From Eledone cirrhosa (taxonomy: Eukaryota): DNA of 64,000 nucleotides. Made by a program: the position numbers and the translations under genes. Each line of letters starts with the position of its first letter. Position 1 is the first letter of the stretch. The stretch covers positions 274,102,001 through 274,166,000 of the forward strand of contig OZ024741.1 in assembly GCA_964016885.1 (NCBI GenBank). Direction: 5' to 3'. Shown in pieces: positions 57,714-64,000 of the stretch. A model generated the notes under the pieces. The model ran no database searches. It worked only from the letters and a program-made list of their open reading frames with translations, and was not told where the DNA came from.

Positions 57714-58797
57714 TATGCATTTATTCATGCTTTGAGGATTTTTAATTATTACAAGCTGGATCATAATGAAATAGTGACTAACCATACTCTCCCATATTCC
57801 CATTGATGGATAGTATTTCCAGCAGTCAGATATAAACCATTTTTCACGGCCTCTGTGCTTGGTAAGTGGCCCTTATTCCCAACCTGAAAAGCAGTCACGA
57901 ATGCTTCTAACAAATCGATTGGGTCCCACCAAAGATATGCAAGCATTGCTGGATTAAAGCAACTCGAGGCCCTACTAGCCTAGAAATGATTGTGTACCCT
58001 TACAAACTGATCAAGAAACCTATTGAAAATTAAGAATTTATGAATATAGTCCTGCGCATAGAACAACGCTGGTATTCCAGCATTGGCCCATTCTAACCCC
58101 TTCAACAGAATCTAATCTAATCTGGCCAAGAAGAACCAGGGCCGCCCCTAGGAGCATTGGATTTGGTGTACTTCATATTTGTTTCGGTTGATGAATACAG
58201 TCAGGGTCGCTGCTTCTCCTGAAGGTCAATAATTCTCTTCTAACTCGAGCGGGAGCGCCATTCCATTGTCAATTTGCATTGATCATCTGCAAAGCCGCAT
58301 TGTTCTCAGAACCATTACACCAGTCTTTCAATGCGTGCTGTTGGAACTACTGCCACCCATTGATTTGGCAGGATTTTTTTTTTTTAGATGGCCGTTGATT
58401 CTTATGAGTTCTTCCGCCCTTTGTCAGATTTTGTTTTTTGTCCTGCAGGCTATCCAAAATCACCCTCGTCACCAAGTAAACTTGGTGGGGTTGCCGGTTT
58501 AGTCGCCGATAACCTGATCATGCGACAGGTTGTATTGGGTTACATGCTACCAGTAGCATTCAAGAGTGACCTTCAACAGAGGTGTCACCCAAAGAAAAGG
58601 AAATATATTTAATATTAATTATAATATTCTAAATGTTAATACAAATGTTGTTTCACCCGTCCCTGTCACACTCTACAACACTTTCCATGGTGTTAAAAGC
58701 CAAAGTAAACTCAACGACCAATTACGCGTCTTCTCTAATATCTGTGGACTGTGTTTCAGGCTAGAATCATTTCATACTCACTTGCAAACCTCACACC

Positions 58798-59633
58798 CAC
58801 TTCCTCTCATAGACACAACTTTCTTACCCCCTATATACAGCCCATCTCTGTTCCTCTTCCTCTCATAGACACAACTTTCTTACCCCCTATATACAGCCCA
58901 TCTCTGTTTCTCTTCCTCTCTCAGACACAACTTTCTTACCCCCTATATACAGCCCATCTCTGTTCCTCTTCCTCTCATAGACACAACTTTCTTACCCCCT
59001 ATATACAGCCCATCTCTGTTCCTCTTCCTCTCATAGACACAACTTTCTTACCCCCTATATACAGCCCATCTCTGTTCCACTTCCTCTCATAGACACAACT
59101 TTCTTACCCCCTATATACAGCCCATCTCTGTTCCTCTTCCTCTCATAGACACAACTTTCTTACCCCCTATATACAGCCCATCTCTGTTCCTCTTCCTCTC
59201 ATAGACACAACTTTCTTACCCCCTATATACAGCCCATCTCTGTTCCTCTTCCTCTCATAGACACAACTTTCTTACCCCCTATATACAGCCCATCTCTGTT
59301 CCTCATCCTCCCATAGACACAACTTTCTTACCCCCTATACACAGCCCATCTCTGTTCCTCTTCCTCTCATAGACACAACTTTCTTACCCCCTATATACAG
59401 CCCATCTCTGTTCCTCTTCCTCTCATAGACACAACTTTCTTACCCCCTATATACAGCCCATCTCTGTTCCTCTTCCTCTCTCAGACACAACTTTCTTACC
59501 CCCTATATACAGCCCATCTCTGTTCCTCTTCCTCTCATAGACACAACTTTCTTACCCCCTATATACAGCCCATCTCTGTTCCTCTTCCTCTCTCAGACAC
59601 AACATTCTTACCCCCTATATACAGCCCATCTCT
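58798..59633. repeat. 56-bp minisatellite x ~15, highly homogeneous
   Basis: AGACACAAC recurs every 56 bp from 58811 to 59595. Confidence 0.95.
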
Positions 59634-60657
59634 CTTGTTCAGTCTACACTGTAGTCAAATGCCACTCTGAAAGATGATGTCTCTACAAACATAGAATAGT
59701 TATCCTTGAATTTCAGCCACAAAAACTTCCAGTTACTTTGTTTTAAAGTCTTCCGCCTCTAAATATAAGGGTTCCTTCTTCCGCTCTCCGAACTCCTTGG
59801 ATCCCCAAACAAATCTTCGTCCATATCTCTTCCTTCCCCAAGGACATCTATCTCACTTTAACTTTCACTGAAGTCACCATCTCTTCACCAAGTCTGAATA
59901 CAGCAGATTTCTTCAAGATAAAGATAGAGCGTGTGGGAATGGAAGTGAGAGAGAGAGAGAGAGGGGGAGAGAGAGAGACAGAGCGAGAGAGAGAGGGGGA
60001 GAGGGAGAGAGAGAGAATTGATGAAAGACAAATTTGACCTCGACAGGATTTAAACTCAGATAACTGAGTGACGGAACTCAGATAACAGCAATTCATTCTA
60101 TGATGTTCTAAAGATTCTGCCAATTTACCTCCTTTTGAAGCACTGTTGACGAACCAACAATTTAGAAAAACGAAATTTATGAAGTGAAAACGGAAAAAAA
60201 GTGAACATAACAAGGGCGGTGCCCCAGCATGGCCTCAGCCGGATGGCTGAAACAGGTAAAAAAAAAAAAGAGTATAATAAAAGTAAAGATGAATTAAAGA
60301 AAATTTAAAAAAGAAATTAGTCCCCCAACATTTTCTACTAATTCATAAATTTCACTATCAGATGTGTATTTATTTTTGATGAAAACAAATAAATATATAG
60401 CAGCCTGTCAATCGAATTGCAGATTAACATTACAGCTGGTGTGAAGGTACATGGCTTAATGGTTAGAATGTTTGCCGCACGGTCATAATGCCGGGTCAAT
60501 TCCTGGAGAGGCTGCTGCGTTGTGATATTGAGCAAAACAGTTTATTTCACATTACTCTTAATCCTACAATAAACCGGCGTCCTGTACAGGGAGAGTCTAG
60601 TACTCTCAGTCGCTCAACACCAAAGAAACCAGCTCGTATATATGTGTGTATATATAT

Positions 60658-60751
<94 letters not shown>

Positions 60752-61657
60752 CTGTGTGGGTGTTCGTGTGTGTGTGTGTGCGTGTGTAAACCACCGTTGG
60801 AATCGGAGACATAGGCCGCGAAACACGATCATCACTGACAACGAACTCGCAGAGAGAATCCGTTATGGTTGATTCCCAACCTGCTAGAAATAGCAGTCAG
60901 GTTTGTTAGCATACGTGGTATGTCTTTCTTCTTCTTTGGTGTTATAAAATTAGTATCAATAAACTTTCCTGGATATACTCTTATCCCAATCCTGTACATA
61001 CTTTCCGATTGTCACTTTTCGTTTTTTCTCGTGTGATACGCGAAGGAACCAACCAACAAAGATCTCTCTTTTATATCTCTTTTATTTGTTTATTCAAAAT
61101 ATTTTTCAGCTAAATCTGTCGTACAATATACATCAGCAATCGTTATTTAATGTTTAAAACATATGAATAGCTGCGATATATGCACCATATCAATCAAAAA
61201 CGATATTAGAATTGAATACCATACTAAAGTGCCAGTAAGCTTGCTAAGAACCTGCAGATAGAAATGTTAATAAATATAACATTTAGCTTGGGTAAACTTT
61301 AAGATGTTCTTTCATTGTAGGTTTCTTTTCTCCTTCTCTCCTTCCTCTCCTCTTCCTTAGCTCACCCTAGAGCATCCTACATACAATTGACCATGGTTTT
61401 CCCAGATGAAGGCCAGCCACTTTTAGGGTTTAACCCTGAGTTTTGTTGATGGTAATCGCAAAGCTTAGTCTCTCTGTTGCTCTAGTAACATTTTTTTCTT
61501 CTGGAAAATCTGATCTTGCTGCCAGGCCAGGACATTTTGGGTGTCATATCGGCAGTAACAATGACGATAAACCGTCTGTGCTTTCGTGAAATAATACGTT
61601 TGTTTATATTTTGTTTTTGTGTATGCAAAAATATCTGTACACGAATATATAATTATA

Positions 61658-62822
<1,165 letters not shown>

Positions 62823-62904
62823 TATATATATATATAGTAAAATAACAGATTAAAGTTTAAGCAAAGAATCGCTGCTTTCACCCTTAACGGGATCTTCTGA
62901 AACT

Positions 62905-63212
62905 AAAAAAAATTAATCTGTGAACGCAGAAGTAAATATTTCGAAAAACGTTGTAACCGAAAGAAAACAGGAAGATGATACTTTGGTTCGTTAAAACGTT
63001 AGGAATGTCGTATAACGAGAAGTGTTGACATTTGAAATTTTGAAGAAGTGAATATTTAAATAAGGTCTTTAATCTTTTAACAAAATTCAGTAGACGAAAA
63101 TAGCCTCACTTTCTTACTTGGAAAAAGTTACATCTATGGTGCAAATTTGGTGCTGTTTGGTCCAGCCGCTTGGCAGAAAGTTTGTTACTTACATACGGCC
63201 GTCAGCTTTATA
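62905..63212 (+). mobile_element. Helitron/Helentron-related fragment
   Basis: 62915-62995 duplicates 61869-61950; CAAATTTGG..ACATAC..GCTTTATAG tail resembles DINE/HINE elements. Confidence 0.35.
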
Positions 63213-63271
<59 letters not shown>

Positions 63272-64000
63272 TGTATCTAATAACGTCAATTGCCATAACT
63301 TGAACGCAAATACATCTTCGTCACACTTTTGGCCCGCTGTGTCTCTACTCCAGGACGTAAAGGCACTGTTGAGTCCTCGTGTTTGTGCCCCCTGTTGTAT
63401 ATAACTACAAGGTATTTTAGATATATTCTGCTCCATACGGGGTTGGCTAAAAGCTGTAGCTATGATAATAACATATATAATACAGAGTTCACAAAAGAAC
63501 CAGGTATGAACTGCATGTCAAATTACTATACACACATAACTAAACATACACAAAACGACCACAAATATACAATCATACACACACGCACACACATATACAC
63601 ACGCACACACATATACACACACATACAACCACACACAGGAAACCACACATATACAACCACAACTCCCACACATATATATATACACACACACACAACCACA
63701 CACAACCCCCACACAGACATATGCAACCATACATACATGACTATAAATGCAATTATACAAAAGTAGATACGTGTTTGTCTGTGCGCATATGGTCACTGTG
63801 TGTCACTGCATACGAGTGTGCATGTGTGTGTGTGTGTGTGTTTGTGTGTATGGGCGTATGTATATATTTAACCTTTCTGTGATGTATGTGAGATATGTGA
63901 AGGTTTGACAGAAAGTTAGGGAGATAGAAGGGTAGACAGTGTTGACAAGAGCAGAGCAGACGACCCTTGCTCTTCGTGTGGGGAGATATCTAGCGGATGT

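Noticed and set aside
57761-58120. Possible host exon (ORF MLAYLWWDPIDLL...)
   Set aside because: No recognisable domain or convincing splice sites; cannot be supported by eye
58798-59633. Possible CRISPR array
   Set aside because: Contiguous identical units with no unique spacers, no cas genes, eukaryotic context
60214-60260. Half-hammerhead in the repeated CAGCCGGATGGCTGAAACAGGTA motif (also 17972, 24266, 57560)
   Set aside because: No CUGANGA box, and other copies read GGAAC; treated as a SINE-tail repeat

Overview
Repeat-saturated, AT-rich eukaryotic DNA with no recognisable host protein-coding exon. The SINE families suggest an octopod cephalopod (inference). Nearly all ORF-track entries are translations of (TA)n/(CA)n/(GA)n microsatellites. 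Recognisable content: (1) dozens of short segments between (TA)n tracts that are 3' ends of Penelope-like retroelements (PLEs). They carry more than 20 type I hammerhead ribozyme (HHR) motifs from about a dozen unrelated sequence families, often as inverted or hairpin duplications, and three are physically linked to PLE GIY-YIG C-terminal coding remnants. (2) A conserved, covarying bulged stem-loop (ACUC..helix..UH-GAGU) shared by many of these families, mostly ~40-65 nt before the (TA)n junction; this is the most novel-looking signal. (3) A 5'-truncated Tx1-like LINE with a 19-bp TSD at the edge of a (GATA)n tract, plus CR1/L2-, CRE- and RTE-type fragments. (4) About 20 tRNA-derived SINE copies, three non-autonomous Helitrons, Tc1/mariner- and pogo-type MITEs, and several minisatellites. 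All calls were made by eye, and coordinates may be off by a few bases.
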